DNA of 64,000 nt, from assembly GCF_006345805.1 (NCBI RefSeq), contig NC_043008.1, positions 67,270,001 through 67,334,000 of the forward strand, written 5' to 3'. Below are positions 37,171 through 51,525 of this stretch, in pieces. Every line of letters begins with the position of its first letter. Position 1 is the stretch's first letter. The position numbers were made by a program, and so were the translations under genes. Source of the DNA: Octopus sinensis. Taxonomy: Eukaryota. The notes beneath the pieces were generated by a model, which did no database searches, was not told the origin of the DNA, and worked only from the letters and a program-made list of their open reading frames with translations.

Positions 37171-37869
37171 CAGGATAAACCAATCAAAGGGTACAGGTAG
37201 TGCCTTTTAATTAGCTTATACGCAAAGAGGTTTAGCTTAGAAAATTCTTTTTCAAAACCTAGCTAAAGATAAATTATGAAACAGAGATGAGAACATTTGA
37301 AAGCTCAGTGCCATCAACTTCTGTTCATTTTAGATATGTTACCAGCATCATCACCAATTTCTAAAGAAGGTATTGTGTCTGTTCCATCATCAGGTCCTGG
37401 CACCTTTCAATATTATAATGGTGATCCTGACATTGCTAACACAGTAGTGTATCAGGGACATTGCACGAGTTTTGGCCACTTCACATGATAGCCAAATTGG
37501 TGGTCCTCTTTCTTAAATATATATTTCTTTACTACCCACAAGGGGCTAAACACAGAGAGGACAGACAAACGGGTTAAGTCGATTACATCGACCCCAGTGC
37601 GTAACTGGTACTTAATTTACCGACCCCGAAAGGATGAAAGGCAGAGTGGACCTCGGTGGAATTTGAACCCAGAACGTAACAGCAGACGAAATACAGCTAC
37701 GCATTTCGCCCGGCGTGCTAACGTTTCTGCCAGCTCGCCGCCTTTCTTAAATATATTTTACCATCAGCCTACGTTTGACCATTACTCTCACCAAAGAGGC
37801 TGCCTCATATGGTCATACACCTCAAAGAAAGCAACTGCCCCAACTTCCTGATATGTAAGAAGTATGTTA

Positions 37870-40800
37870 TGTTATATTATATTAATTTGTTTGACTCTGT
37901 GTAGCGCATATAAAACCAACAAGGGATTTCTATCTGCCTCAGTCTTTGGCAATGGAATACAATTGTCCCTAGGTGTAACCACCTGCCAGTATTTCAGTTT
38001 CTGTGGGCCTTCTCTTTGCTGCTTTTGGTATGTCATGTTTCTATCTCTCTTGGGGTGTCCATCAGAGAGCTTACCTTGTAATGTTGGAAACTAGTTTCTG
38101 TTAGGTGTATGTCCTAGCTAACCACACTTATTTGTTTTGATTTGAGTTTCAATAGGTTGTGTTTCTACAAGGCTTTGTTTGTGAGCCTCTTCTGCCATCT
38201 CACTCAAAGGATATCTCAGAGATATCTATTCACAAATGTTTGGAGCTTTGTGACTCACTATGTTTCACATGTGCATAACAGAACCATCTACACATTCATG
38301 TTAAAGATCCTGAGTGTTGTGGTCTCCAGATGGGTCTAAGCACACTGAAGGCAGCTTACCAATCTTTGTTTTTATGCCCTGATCTGTTCTGCCCTCCTTA
38401 TTGACAATGCTTCTCAGATATGCTAAATTACTAAAATTTTCAGTTTCCTCTTTCCTGGCTGTGAAGCTGATATTATTGACTGTGTGTACTCTGATGCTTT
38501 TTGCCTTCCTGATGTCGATTTTGGGACCAATTTCCATTGATGTTACACTCATTTCTGTGACCTTCTCCTCCATGTAAATTTGGTGCTAACAGGGAAGTGT
38601 AATGTCATCAACAAAGTCAATATCTTCCTGATGGTTGAAGAAGGACCATCATATTCCTCTGGGTTATACTTTGGTTGTTTATTTTATCACCCGGTCAATT
38701 GCCATTAAGAAAAGAAAAAGAGATCGTCTCACTCCCATCAGGATAATGACTGGTTTCATCAAAGTTCCATCACATACTACTTGGAATGTTGATTGTTCAT
38801 GAGCAGCCCTGACCGATGTAATCATCTTTGGAATAACAAAATGTCAAAGCAATTTCCACTGTGCCACCCTGTCCATGCTGTCAAATTTTTATAATCGATG
38901 AATGTTGTGTACAAAGGGGTGCTGAAAAGTTCCTTGCTTTGGGTAAAAGAAAATACAGGAGGATCAGTTAATTATAATTTTACTCAACATATTCCCCTCT
39001 CAGGTTCACACATTTATTGCAGTAGTCCTTCAGTTTCTCTAAGTCCTGTAAAAGAACTCGGAAAGTTGGGCCTCCGGCCTGGCCTTTAGTGATACCCTTA
39101 AAGTCAGGAACTTTTTAGCCCCACTGCTCTCATACAAGGAGGTGTTCGATTCCAGTGGCTGATTAATATTCAAAGTATGGCTGTCTGATCAGTGCATGAT
39201 CTCTCCTGTTGGAATCCATCTTTTTCATTACATAAAAGTTTGTCCTCCTCATCTTTCATCTTGTCAAGAGGCACCCAGTCAAATACCTTTCCAAGGATGG
39301 AAAGGCATGTGATACCTCTCCAAATGATGAAGTCCCTTAGGTTTACTTTCTCTGGAAGTTTAATGATATGGCCATGTTTCCAGTCATCTGGCAACCTCTC
39401 TGTATTCCTAATTTTTTTTGAACAGGTAGTAGAAGACTTCAACCAATAAATTTACATCCTCTTCTAATGGTTCAGTTGGGCTTCAATCTGGGTCTGGTGC
39501 TTTCCTGTCTCTCATTTTGAGGATTGCTTTCCATATTTCTCCTTGTGTTGGAGTTTCAGCTAAGTCTCTGCTGGAGGTGTGTCTGGATCATTGACTATAG
39601 CAGGACAATTTAGAAGCTCTTGAAAGTGCTCCTCTGATCTCTCTAACTGATTCTGCTAGTTTGTAAGAGCGTTACCATCCTTGTCTTCGACTAGGTAGGA
39701 AGTGATTTACCAATTTCCTGAAATTCCTTGGTGATGTTGAAAAGTTTTTTCCAGATTTCTTTGGGATGCCACATCTTTTTGGGAAAATTCCTCTACATAT
39801 TTTCTCTTGTTTCACTTTTCACTCACTTTCACCACCTAATTGATTTTGATGTACTCTCTCCCCCTGTTTCTCTAGTTTGCTTGCTTTCCTGTTTTTCAGA
39901 TGTTGAGTTCTTCTTCCTTCTTTTTATAAAGACCTACCATTTGGAGACTTTGTTGAGATCCAGTCTTTGTACTATTTGGTTCTCTCACATAAAATGTTTT
40001 CACAGGCATGTTTTCATGCTGCTTCCATCTCCAACTATGTCTCCCCACTTATGTATCTTCTTTAATGAAGGCCTGGAATCTATTGGTGACATAAACTGTA
40101 TATCTGGCTTTGGCATGCTCATCATTTAACAGGGGAGTGTTGTATCAATACCCTGGTTTGAAAGCCCTTATATTCTGTTCCCACTAAGAGGTGATAGTCT
40201 GATCCTACATCTACTTCTCTGTAAACTCTGACTTACCACGTGGATCTTTTTAACTTGGCGCAGATAGTGATATGATTGATCTGATATTCAGATCTAAATC
40301 ACCTTGTAAAATTTCTTGTGCAGAAAGACACCCCAACCCCAACCAAATTGTTGAATGTGCAGAAGTTTGCAAACATCTCTCTGCCATCATTTATTTCGCA
40401 CTTTCCTTTCCTACCTATCACTTTTCTCCTGCCACTGTTGCTTGATACAGCCTTTGCAATTAGATCTCCTATGAGGATGACCAGGCTTCTCATAGCTTAT
40501 TCAGCTAATGGTGGATTGCGGATGTTTTTATTGTGCTTTCTGCATCATTGGTTAGTGCAGGGTACTGTATTATGCTCTTTTCCTTGTCTTGCTATTGTTG
40601 TGATGATCCTGACTATCCCATCAAGGATGTTGCCATAAGTCCAGGAATGAAATTTGCTTTGGGGATGCAAACCCAGTTTTTCAGGAAAATGTTCAAAATG
40701 CTTTCACTACTCCCCACCACACACACACACCAAATTTTAGTGAGTGCACTCACACTCCCTGTTCTTGAGCCTACAGATGTTGCTGCTTCTCTGGAGAGCG

Positions 40801-40900
40801 TAAAGCCAACTCCTTCAGTCTGTGGTATTTTGTCCTCTTCATGCTCTGAGTAGAGCAAATTTCCTCTGTGGCTAGGTGCATCTGTTCTGACTGTGGGATG
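37870..40900 (-). mobile_element. Long decayed RTE-clade LINE (APE endonuclease plus RT)
   Basis: LYSEHEE..TEGVGFTLSREA and ILIGDLIAK endonuclease motifs; PDDWKHGHIIKLPEK..WRGITCLS..GFQQERSCTDQ RT motifs; DFVDDI; many disruptions. Confidence 0.88.
38910..39125. mobile_element. Mariner-like MITE nested in the LINE; second copy at about 925-1130, remnant at about 25828-25858
   Basis: GGGGTGCTGAAAAGTTCC...GGAACTTTTTAGCCCC terminal repeats; near-identical internal sequence at 930-1125. Confidence 0.7.
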
Positions 40901-42240
40901 ACATCAGCAGCTGGGCAGCTGACTGAAACTTGGGGTTGACCAGAAGAGGAAGGGGCAAGAGTGACGCGCACAAGTAGGGGAGCATCGGGCCTCTTCGATC
41001 GGGGTTGCCGACAGAGCTGGACTTGTGAGCACTTTGTCAAGGTAGGGGAAAAGCAGCTACTATTTTTAGCATTCGGATCGGGCCGCGTGGAAGGGTGCGT
41101 TACCACTGGGGCAGTCTGCATCGATGAAGAGAAGGTAGGTGTCCTTATTTCAAATCTCCTGCATACACCACACTGACTTCAGCTAACTCATCTCACAGGT
41201 CTTGTATTGCAAGCTTGTCGAGCAGTCATGGACAAATTGCAGCCCATGGTACTTTTTGGATGGCATGCCTAATTGAAAAAGTACCTTGAGTCTTTTTTTA
41301 GTAGTGCAATCTGCTTGACAATGAATCATGTCTCATGCAGTTTGCTTCTTAAAAAGATTATCCAGTTGTGGAGCAATCTGGGCCATTTTGAATAGGGTCC
41401 TGACATTCCATGTTCCCAGCCATCTGGCTGTCCTTGGTTAAAAAAAAAAAGGTTGTGCTACATCATAGCTTCCTTTTGACTTTCATTATGTTGCATCATA
41501 TGCAGTCTCTGAGGACTACCCACCCCCCTTACCAAGACTGGTTTCATATGTTCTCTTCTTGACATTTCAGTAGCAATATAAAAACTTGTTAGTGCAGGGC
41601 TGCTAAGCCTACACCTACTATTCCCTTCCTTTCTCAACTGTGTTTAGGACTAACTGCATTGAAGTTGATATGTAGTAAGTGCTTAGTTGTAAATTCCAGT
41701 TCTTCACTTTGAAAGTGACAGCAATAAATTTCCTTAAACAAGTCTAAAGAATTACTACATCTATACTCTTTATTTTACCTGTTCCTCATTGAAATTTCAC
41801 TTGGTTTTCATCTAATGCTTCTTTTCTCTTTATTTACTGTGTTGTGCTGGTTTATAAGTTGTTTAAAAAGTAAGACAGAATGCCTAGTTGTTGGGTAAAC
41901 AGAATGTGTTAATTTGAAGACTAGGGATCCAACATACTCACCAATCTTCTAAGTGAATTTTGGCAAGCTACAACAAAACTACTTCCTGGTCCCAAGAATG
42001 GTGGGATTCTCTCAGAATTCAAGGGTGCCGAACTTTTTCTTTTTTAGGAGGTGGGGCCCAGTAGATAGTCATTGACTCCAGTCTGATGAATGAGTTAAAC
42101 ACATCTCTCAAAAGTCCAGTACACTGGTCCCAATGATACCATAATAGTAAGGCCCAACTATACTCTTTCTTCATATATGAAACTCACTGAAGTTTAAGCC
42201 ATTTTAAGTACCTTATCCAGTATACTCTCTCTCTTTTCAC

Positions 42241-42450
42241 TCTTTTACTTGTTTCAGTCATTTGACTGTGGCCATGCAGGAGCACCGCCTTTAGTTGAGC
42301 AAATCGACCCCAGGACTTATTCTTTGTAAGCCTAGTACTTATTCTATCGGTCTCTTTTGCTGAACCGCTAAGTTACAGGGACGTAAACACACCAGCATCA
42401 GTTGTCAAGTGAGGTTGGGGGGACAAACACAGACACACAAACATATACAT

Positions 42451-42521
<71 letters not shown>

Positions 42522-42700
42522 CATATATACATATATACAATGGGCTTCTTTTCAGTTTCTGTCTACCAAGCCCACTCACAAGTCTTTGGTCAGCCTGAGG
42601 CTATAGTAGAAAACACTTGCCCAAGGTGCCATGCAGTGGGACTGAACCCAGAGCCATGTGGTTGGTAAGCAAGCTACCTAACCACACCCACTCCTGCACC
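42241..42700 (-). mobile_element. Full-length tRNA-derived SINE with internal (AT)n; other copies or pieces at 1-150, 12110-12450, 18450-18830, 49180-49580, 51320-53435 (split), 58860-59015
   Basis: A/B-box-like head (tggttaggtagcttgc...gggttcagtccca) followed by ccttgggcaagtg; recurs many times in the window. Confidence 0.85.
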
Positions 42701-45700
42701 TTTAGTATGTTTTTTTTCTCTTAAGGTGGGTTTTATGGAGTGACTTGACGGAGATTTGGCAACTGTTTCCACTAGATTGACCAACCATATAGAGAATCCA
42801 TCATTGAGCCCCAGATCAATCACAGACAAAAGCATTCCAGCAATGACCACCCTGTCTTTTAGTGGTCTATCTCTACATTATATAAATGCTTTTCCCTTTT
42901 TAAAGATAGTGGATGTTAGCATATTTCTATTGAAATGTGCTATCTTTGTTTCAATTAATTTTCAAAATAATGAAGCATTTAGCAATTAAATTGATGTTTG
43001 AGACAAATTAATATATTTTGATTGAAGGTTTTAATTTAGTTCACTTTAAAACGGGAACATTTGTATCATAGGACTAGGGGTGGTCTCAGACATGTTAGTG
43101 TTAAAAGGAGTAAGGGAGAGTTAACTGCTAGCACCCATGCTAGAGATATAATTAAAAAGCATCTTTTGAGCACTGGGCCTCACAGAAGCAATAACAAATG
43201 ACCAAGACCTTTGGCAATATGCTGTGCATGAGAAGACCTGTCAAGCCAAGTGAAATTATAGTCGTTTGAGATACTTGTGTCGGGCAACTGGCACTCATGC
43301 TGATGGCATGTAAAAGCACCCATTACACTCTCAGTGTGGTTGGCATTAGGAAGGACATCCAGCTGTAGAAACCATACCAAATCAGATTGGAGCCTGTTGC
43401 AGACCCTCAGCTTACCAGCCCTGGTTAAACTGTCTAAACCATGCCAGCATGGACAAAGGATGTTAAATGATGAGGATGATAGTGGTAAGCATCTAAGCAG
43501 ATGCTTCTTTTTATCGTATGAATAATATATAGAAAATATTTATTGATGTGGGTGTATAGCCTAGGTCAGGTTTAAGTGACCTGCAACTACATACCAGGCA
43601 TGTTGTTTATGGTTTTGTGTGGCCTTTGTGATTTTTAGATTTCCTTATTGTCTTTTTCCTCAATCCATTGTGTCAAACAGAACTAAGGTCAAAGGAGTTT
43701 TTAATGAGGCTGTGTCCTTGACTTCTTTGGGTGGATCTTCATCAATGACTTCCATCTGAGAAACATCTGATAAGATCATAGAAAAGCAGAGCTACTATTT
43801 CTGGAAGATTGAACAGCCTCAGAAAACCCCCTTTTGTTGGTTCTGCTTGACTGATCTTATGTAATGTAGTCTCAAGGTGGCTGTAAATGAGTGAATCTTT
43901 GATTGAAGACACTCTTGCTTCAATCATCCTGATTTTTTCAGACATAGTGCACCTTAGATAACACTATATAATGTGTTCTTTGGAGTAACTTGAAGGTGAT
44001 TTGTCTACTATTTCCAGGTCACTTTTTTTCTTTTTCACTGGTTGAGTCTGCAGATAGCGATTACATTATGATCTTTGCAGGCCCTCTGAGATCCTGTTAG
44101 CTTGATGCTGTTAATGCTACATTTAAACTGCTGCAGGTCAATATCTGTGAAAAGACTTGAATGGAGAAGAGATTCCAGAAGATCAATGTTCTGTGGAAGG
44201 AGGACAAAAATAGTCCTTTCTACAATAGGTTCAAGGCCTGAAATTTGTTGGGAGATGGCTAGTTGATTACATTAACCCCAGTGTCTAATTGGTACTTACT
44301 TTCTTAACCACAAAAGATGAAAGGAACTGGGATCAATATAACTGACTAGCCCCCTTCTCTAAAAAATTTCAGGCCTTGTGCCCACTACCACGGATAAGCA
44401 CTGCTGGTTTAAGATAAATATACCTTTTATCCTTTTGGGCTTGATAAAATAAGTACCAGTTGAAATTGCAGGCCTTGTGCCAAAATTTTAAACCATCATC
44501 ATCAGGCTAACTAAATCATTAGTGCACCAGAAAAAATACATTGCACTGTTCTTTCCAGCTCTTTTATGTTCTATGTTCAAATCTGTAGAAAGAAGAGAAC
44601 TATGCTTTTCATCCCTCCAAAGTTGATGAAATAAAGAACCAAATTCTGGGTATTGATGTAATCAACCAGCCCTCCAGACAAAACCTTTTACCTAAATGAG
44701 AGACAGGCTCTTTACCTTTTGACCGGTAAAGATCCGAGAGACAATTACTACTACTACTACTACTACTACTATCTGGTGTTGAACCAACCAACTAAACAGA
44801 TAGCCATACCAGCTGATTTACTGTCTGGTTCAAGGTCATGTTGTTTTGGTTTCAAAATTCTGATGGGATCGACTTTTTCCCCATTCATCCATCTGAAGTC
44901 AGTCTGAGTGAATGTAATACACATCCAATATATCACTCAATCAACCAATTAATTAAATAATTAATTAATTATATCTCCATTCAAAAGTTAGATCCGCATA
45001 CAATCAACTGGTGGCAGTGACATTAAACCTGACATTTTAAGCGGAAGTTAAAAACAGGGCGTTGTGACCTTCATACAATTCACAAGGACAACTTGTGACG
45101 TAAGTGGAGTGAATAGTGTTTCGACCGAGACTCGAAACCGGTTCACGAACTGTACTGTGGTTGCCATTCAATGACAGATTAATTATATATAAGAAAAAAA
45201 TTATTTAGAAGGTGAACTGATATTCCAGTTATACCTTTCTAATTGGCATTAAATCTTTAAGGTTAAATCAAATTATCAACATAAATAAACACGTGTGCAC
45301 ACACGCACATACATGTACACGTGTGCACATACTGCGTATGTCTAGATGTATACGCATAGATGTGTGTGTTTGTGTCTTTTGTTTAATTGTTTGCTTCTAT
45401 GTATTTCAAAACTTATTTTTTCTCTCTCTTTCTCTGTCTGTCTGCCTCTCTCTATACACACACAAACTCATTCTCTCGTATACGTCTAATATTTATTGGG
45501 GAATGAAAATCAGAATGTGATATAAAATGTCTTTGCAAATGACGTTAATTACATAACTAAAAAGGTTACAGCCTATAATCGAAACAGGGTTACGTAAAAA
45601 CGGCTCTCTGCTAAATTCCTCACTCCAAATAGCGTAGACAACAACAACAAAAATTCGATGAAAATGCTATTTTAGAAAGCGCTATTTTATTATTTGTGTG

Positions 45701-45860
45701 TTTCTGGCTGCTGATTTCACTATTTTTTTATTTACTTTTTTCTATTATTTTTGTCCCTGCCGTATATATGACGAAGAACGTTGAGGGTTAGACGGAGGTG
45801 GGGATTGAAACCCTGCACTCTACGACGCCTCACGTTCAAGGTGGCGCTGGCTGTCAGCTG

Positions 45861-45870
45861 GTCACGTGAC
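45861..45870. promoter_or_regulatory. Perfect E-box/CLEAR palindrome GTCACGTGAC in the CpG-rich PTAR1 5' region
   Basis: 10-bp palindrome 15 nt before the ATG; local CpG enrichment about 45740-46000. Confidence 0.6.
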
Positions 45871-45885
45871 AGCAGGTAAACAAGA

Positions 45886-45950
45886 ATGGACGCACGAGGC
45901 GAACGGATTCTATCGGACGTCAACTTGGCCTTCAAGCGTGATCCTTCCAT
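45886..45950 (+). CDS. PTAR1: PTAR1 coding exon 1 (MDARGERILSDVNLAFKRDPSI)
   Basis: ATG in a CpG-rich patch; donor AT|GTAGGT, phase 2, joins in frame to 58608; resembles the PTAR1 N-terminus (QRVVKDITNAFRRNPHI). Confidence 0.85.
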
Positions 45951-48900
45951 GTAGGTAGATCTTCTTCTCTTGTGTGTATACGTGTTCGTCTGTCCGTCTA
46001 TATCTGTATAAACACAACAAACTTTTACACGCGCGTGTATATATGTATATATCTGTGTGTGTGTGACCGTGTATAGTGTTATATAGGTCAGATTTTATGT
46101 ACGATCCGAGTGTAAAAGAGGAGTGGGCAGAAGCGAGTAAGGCTTACAAGAGGTGCGGCATTTCTAACTAAATTAAATATACTGTAACAGTTAGTGTTTA
46201 ACTGGATTGCATATATAACGCAATAATGCACATGTCTGTCTGCCTGTCTATATATATACATACATCCATCCATCTATCTATCTATATATATATATATATT
46301 ATAAAGAGAGAGATAGGTAGATAGATATGTTTAGATATAGATCTATAGATATAAATAAATATGTGCTTATAACTGTGTGTATGTATGTTTAATTTTGTTA
46401 ACAATACATTGACCAGTTTAACATTTATATGCGTAAGGTATTGTGTTCCGTTACGAGTATTGCTACATCTGTAATTGTATATGTGTGTATAATTTTCAAG
46501 TGAAGGTGTATGACAATATACAAACTAGCTTTTTGCCTGTGTGTTTGCATTATCGCATTACTGTTAGCGATATGATCATATATATACATATACATACATA
46601 TATATATATATATCTATATCTATATATATATATATAGATCATTATATGAACACGCGCGCACAGACATACAAATAAATATCCAATTATAAATCCACAGGCT
46701 TATTCATATAATAATTATTGTATATGTATGGCAAAATAATGATGCAGAAGTGGTTGATATATTTGTCATCTTGTCACTGTTTTAATTAGCGACAAGACAT
46801 GCATATACAGATGTGTTTATGAAGATATATATGTACGTGTGTGTTCATTTAACTGAATAACGATAGAATACACAACTAGTGCAACCACGCACTTTTTCAT
46901 GTCACGATGCAGACAAATGCTAGTGATCAGTAAAAATTCAGGCATAACTACAGATTGATGCCCTGGATTTTATTTCCCTATGACTCTCCGAAAAAGGGAT
47001 ATTTTTTTTAATGGATGTTCTTTGAGATACGTTGTAGATTATGATTGTGTTTATAGAATTTAGAAAAACAAAATAAGATATTTCTGTGGAGATCGTTCTT
47101 GTTCTCTCCAACCTGATTTGCTACAAATGTCTTAACTTTAACATTTCACTATTATTTTTTTCTTTTTCGAATTCCTATGATTTAAACGTCAACATTATGT
47201 AATCTACAATCTGAAAAACATGTTTCTGTAAAGTGTCATGTAAAAATATACATGAAGAAACAAAGTCGAAAGAGTGAGGATGATTCGAAACCCTGTTGAA
47301 AAGAAAAAAATTATTGTTTTTAATGTGGTCGCGATAATCATAACCTAGACCATGGGAAACATATTTCTGCAATATTTCCTTAAAAGTTGGCGGGACACTA
47401 TTGTGTAGTTATGCCAATATTTTCTGTCACTTCTATTTGTGTAATATCAGAGAAGATAGAGAAACATACTTCGTATGTAATGTGATTTGAGAAATGGTAA
47501 ACAGCACCAAAATGTCTGTGTGTGTGTGTCTTTGGAAAATGTAACATGATTCTTTCACCCATATATATTTATATATATTTCGTTGTTTTTTAACGATTCC
47601 TAAGCATAATGTAAACAGTAATTTCAACAGACCTAAGAATTATCATCGTGTGTGGAATTGTTTCTTGTATAGGAATGAATCCCGAGATATGGGAAGTTGT
47701 GACTTTCATACCTGCATTTTACCCCCTCCCCCCGCATACAGCAAAAATTAACGAGGTGCAGTTTCGGTTCTGCAGTTACTTATATTGTTTATGTCCTTGG
47801 AAAAGGCATGAACATTATATATTCTCAATCACTCACCACCATCTCGATTACCCCACCGCAAATTTTATACTTGCATGTGTAATCTTCTAGATTCTTACCT
47901 TAATTATGTCTAATTATCCCTATTTTATTTGTTAATTAATTTTTGTCCAGCGTCTCTCATAAAATAAATGTTAGTATTACACAGAAGTAAACTCATCATC
48001 ATCATCATTAGTTACATGTTTACTCAGAAAACCGGCTTTTGAGGTTTAAAATTTCAAGGTTATTTGGCTCTGGTCAAGCCGGCTTTAAATTCTTGGGTGT
48101 AACTGCGACATTTCCTCTTATGTCACTAAAATTTCGGTGGAAAGCACGAGAATCGTATAATCTCATTTCTTCCCCTTGAAATGTAGAAGTTCTTTAATTA
48201 TGATAGATACCAAATATCGTTGTATTTATTTACCGACTTTGCTATGTTCGGTCGTATTCTAGACATTTCGATGCAGTCACGGTAGTTTTTATTCTATTTT
48301 TATTTTATTTTTACGATTCACTTTCGAAATAAGTATTTCAGTTAACGCAATTCTTTTGACAAAAAGGTATTATTTAAGATTTATTAAGTTTTTTTTTGTT
48401 CATATTTCACTTTGAAAGCAAGTGTATATGATTGAATGTGTGTTGTGTGTGAATCGGTGGAAGAGAAAATGGATGTAACAGGGTAAAAGAAGGAAAAGCA
48501 GAATAGAAAAGTTTCACGTTATCATAAATTAACGACACAGTTTTAGAATTTGTTCTATAGCCTTTTAATTCCATAAACTTTCAAATACTATCATTGCCTT
48601 TTTTGAGATTGAGTATCAATCACTTTAGTAACTACTGATTCCATTCCATCACTGTGAAACCAATACCAGTAATATACCAAAAAATATAATTAAAAAAAAT
48701 CCCGGTAAAGAAGCTGCACTGGTTGGAACAATCCTTGTTAGGGGGTGGAGAGAAAACGAATGTCAACATTATGTAAAAGATGTTTGTAAATTTGGATCCA
48801 TAGACAATGAGTCACTAACTGCTCGTCTACACCTTCACTCCAAGTGGGATGCTTTAGTCCTGACAGACAACCTCTGTAGTGCTTCTGGCATATTACAATG

Positions 48901-49310
48901 TACTCAGTCCATACTGAAAAATGGTTGGTGATAGGAAAGACATCCAACTCTAAAACCCAAACAAAAAATGGCAACAAAGTTTGGCAGTTTTTCTTTTTTG
49001 TGTGTATTTAAATCAGCAGTTAAAAGAACTTGTTGCTGTATGTCCTCTATGTGATTTTCAAAGAAATTATAAGGATCCTTAACTATATTTTATGGAGAAC
49101 TCTTGACACTTATTCTAATGACATTAAATAAAACAAAAATTGTTTCAGTAAGAGAATTTATTCATTTAAAACAGGCCTAAGCACTTCCCAGCCACATGGT
49201 TTTAGATTCCATTTCAGTGTAGCACCATGGGCCAGCCAAAGTCAGTGAGTGGCTTTGGTAGATGGAAACTGAAAAAAAAAAGCTTTTTGTGTGTATGTGT
49301 GTTTACATAC

Positions 49311-49341
<31 letters not shown>

Positions 49342-50194
49342 CATGTTTTTGTGTTTCTTTCTCCCAGCATTGCATGATAGTTGTAAGCAAACCAGTTTCG
49401 CCATCATACAAGCGATGTCATTTGTTTTCAATCTTCTGTGAAAACATATCTGGTTGGGAGAAATATTTCCTTGCTTGGAAATAGGTGAGGCATGGCAACA
49501 GGAAGTGAATTCAGCTGTTGGAAACATGCCTCAGCAAATTCTGTCTGACCCATGCATGAATGGAAATGTAAGCATTATGAAAACAACAATGATGATAATA
49601 AAAATTCATACAATAGTTTAAAAATGAATATTTTTTTTTTTTATGAGATGAATTTTTATCAAATTTTGTTGAAAGACATCTTGCAAAATCACAAAATTAT
49701 ACAAAATCCTATATTAGATGATAAAAAAGAATCTACATAAGTGGCTAGACAATGTGTTAGAACACTTGTCCAACCCATGCTAACAAGGAAAAACAGGCAT
49801 GAAATTATGATAATGATGATGTGGTTGAGAAAAGAAATGTACTTTTGTTAGTCTGAAGAGGCATAGCAATGACTAGAGCTTTTTTCAGGCCAGTGTTGGC
49901 TATATGATGGAATGGCTAAGTGTAGTTTGTAATGTGTAGATGGAAGGTGGCAATGTAGATGAGGTATTGGGCTACTTGCTCATAAGCCATGAGTTCAAAC
50001 CCAATGCAGATATTTCCTTGTGTTTATGGGGAGAAATGCTTTATTCTACATAATTTCAATTCACTACGTGTGAGGAATAGGAATCTGATCATCTGGGAAT
50101 GTTTTGTGTACAAGCATTGATGTTTTATCTAGTGCCATTTTAGCAGAACTTATCATCTCTTTAAAAATTCCCTTTGGAACTTGAGGTACATTAA

Positions 50195-50416
50195 CCCTTT
50201 CGTCACTGTATTTATTTTGAGATGCTCTATGCTTCTTTCAATTAATTTAAAATATAACAAAGAATTTAGTTATGTAACTTAGTTATCATTCAGCTAGTGT
50301 TAGAGAACATAAATTGTGACTAAGGTTTGGTGGAAAATTTAAATTCAGAACTTATGGAAACACGACATTTGTACTCAGAGCCAGAGTCGGTTTTAGCTGG
50401 GTTGGTAACGAAAGGG
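50195..50416. mobile_element. piggyBac-type TTAA MITE; related copies at about 18900-19124, 42940-43110, 54092-54315, 59815-60065
   Basis: TTAA|CCCTTTCGTCAC...GTAACGAAAGGG|TTAA; TIR nearly identical to the 2136-3222 element. Confidence 0.85.
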
Positions 50417-51525
50417 TTAATAGAATAGAGAAGTTAATGGGATTGAATGTTTAGTTTGAATTTTTTAAAAGTTTGTTGGTGGAGATGGTGTGGTACAGAT
50501 GAAGTTCCAGATGGTTGGTTTGGTGTAGTATTTAATATAAAATTTTGGATAGTAGGAGTATGCTGTGTCTGCAAGTTCAGACAAATAGAAGCAGCTGTTG
50601 CAACAACATTAAAGAAGAAAGAAATGCTACAACTGTTTGTAGAGTGATGTGAGTGAAGGTTTGACTCTCAAACAGCTTGCTTTCCTCTCCTTTTTATACT
50701 TTTACTATTTGGAATGTTTGTGCATGTTTCACTGTGTATGTGTGTGTGTGTGTATGTAGTCATTACACTGTCCCATATATGCGAGCAAATAATTGTCAAA
50801 TGTAGGTTGTAAGTAAAAGGTTAGCAGCTGTTTATGACTAGCATTATATGAGGTAGCAGACTGTCGAAATCATTAGAGCACCAAGCACAGTGCTGGCACT
50901 ATTTAATTATAACCATTTACATTATGAGTTCTAATCTTACTGAGGTCAACTTTGCCATTCATCTTTTTAAAGTAACAAGGTTAGTTTATTACCCCTAAAA
51001 AGCATTCTGAATCATTATCGTCCTCATCATCTTTTAATGCCTGTCCTCCATGTTGGTATGAGTCAGATGGTTTGGACAGGATCCAATAGGCTGGAGGACT
51101 GTGTTGTGTTCCACTATTTGCTTTGGAATGGTTTCTATAGCTGAATGCCCTTCCTAACATCAACCACCTTACAGAATGTACTGAATGCTTTTTATTGTGA
51201 CACCAGTTCCAGTGGGGTCATCATGTAGCTCACAAGATTAAGCCCCTTTAACTGCGAGGGACGCAATAGAGAGTGAGGAATCTTTATGCTAAGTGATGAG
51301 AGGTTAAAGTATGAATATTTTTTACTTGTTTCAGTCATTAGCCTACGGCCATGCTGGGGCACTACCTTGAAGAATCTTTAATCAAATGGATCGACTCCAG
51401 TATTTTTTTTAAAGCCTGGTACTTATTCTATCAATCTCTTTTGCTGAACTGTTAAGTTACAGGGATGTAAGCAGACCAACACTGGTTGTTAAGTGGTGAG
51501 CAGGGACAAATACAGACACAAAGAC

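Noticed and set aside
42373-42668. ORFs with YI repeats and other short ORFs in SINEs and microsatellites
   Set aside because: Artefacts of (AT)n/(GT)n tracts and repeat sequence.
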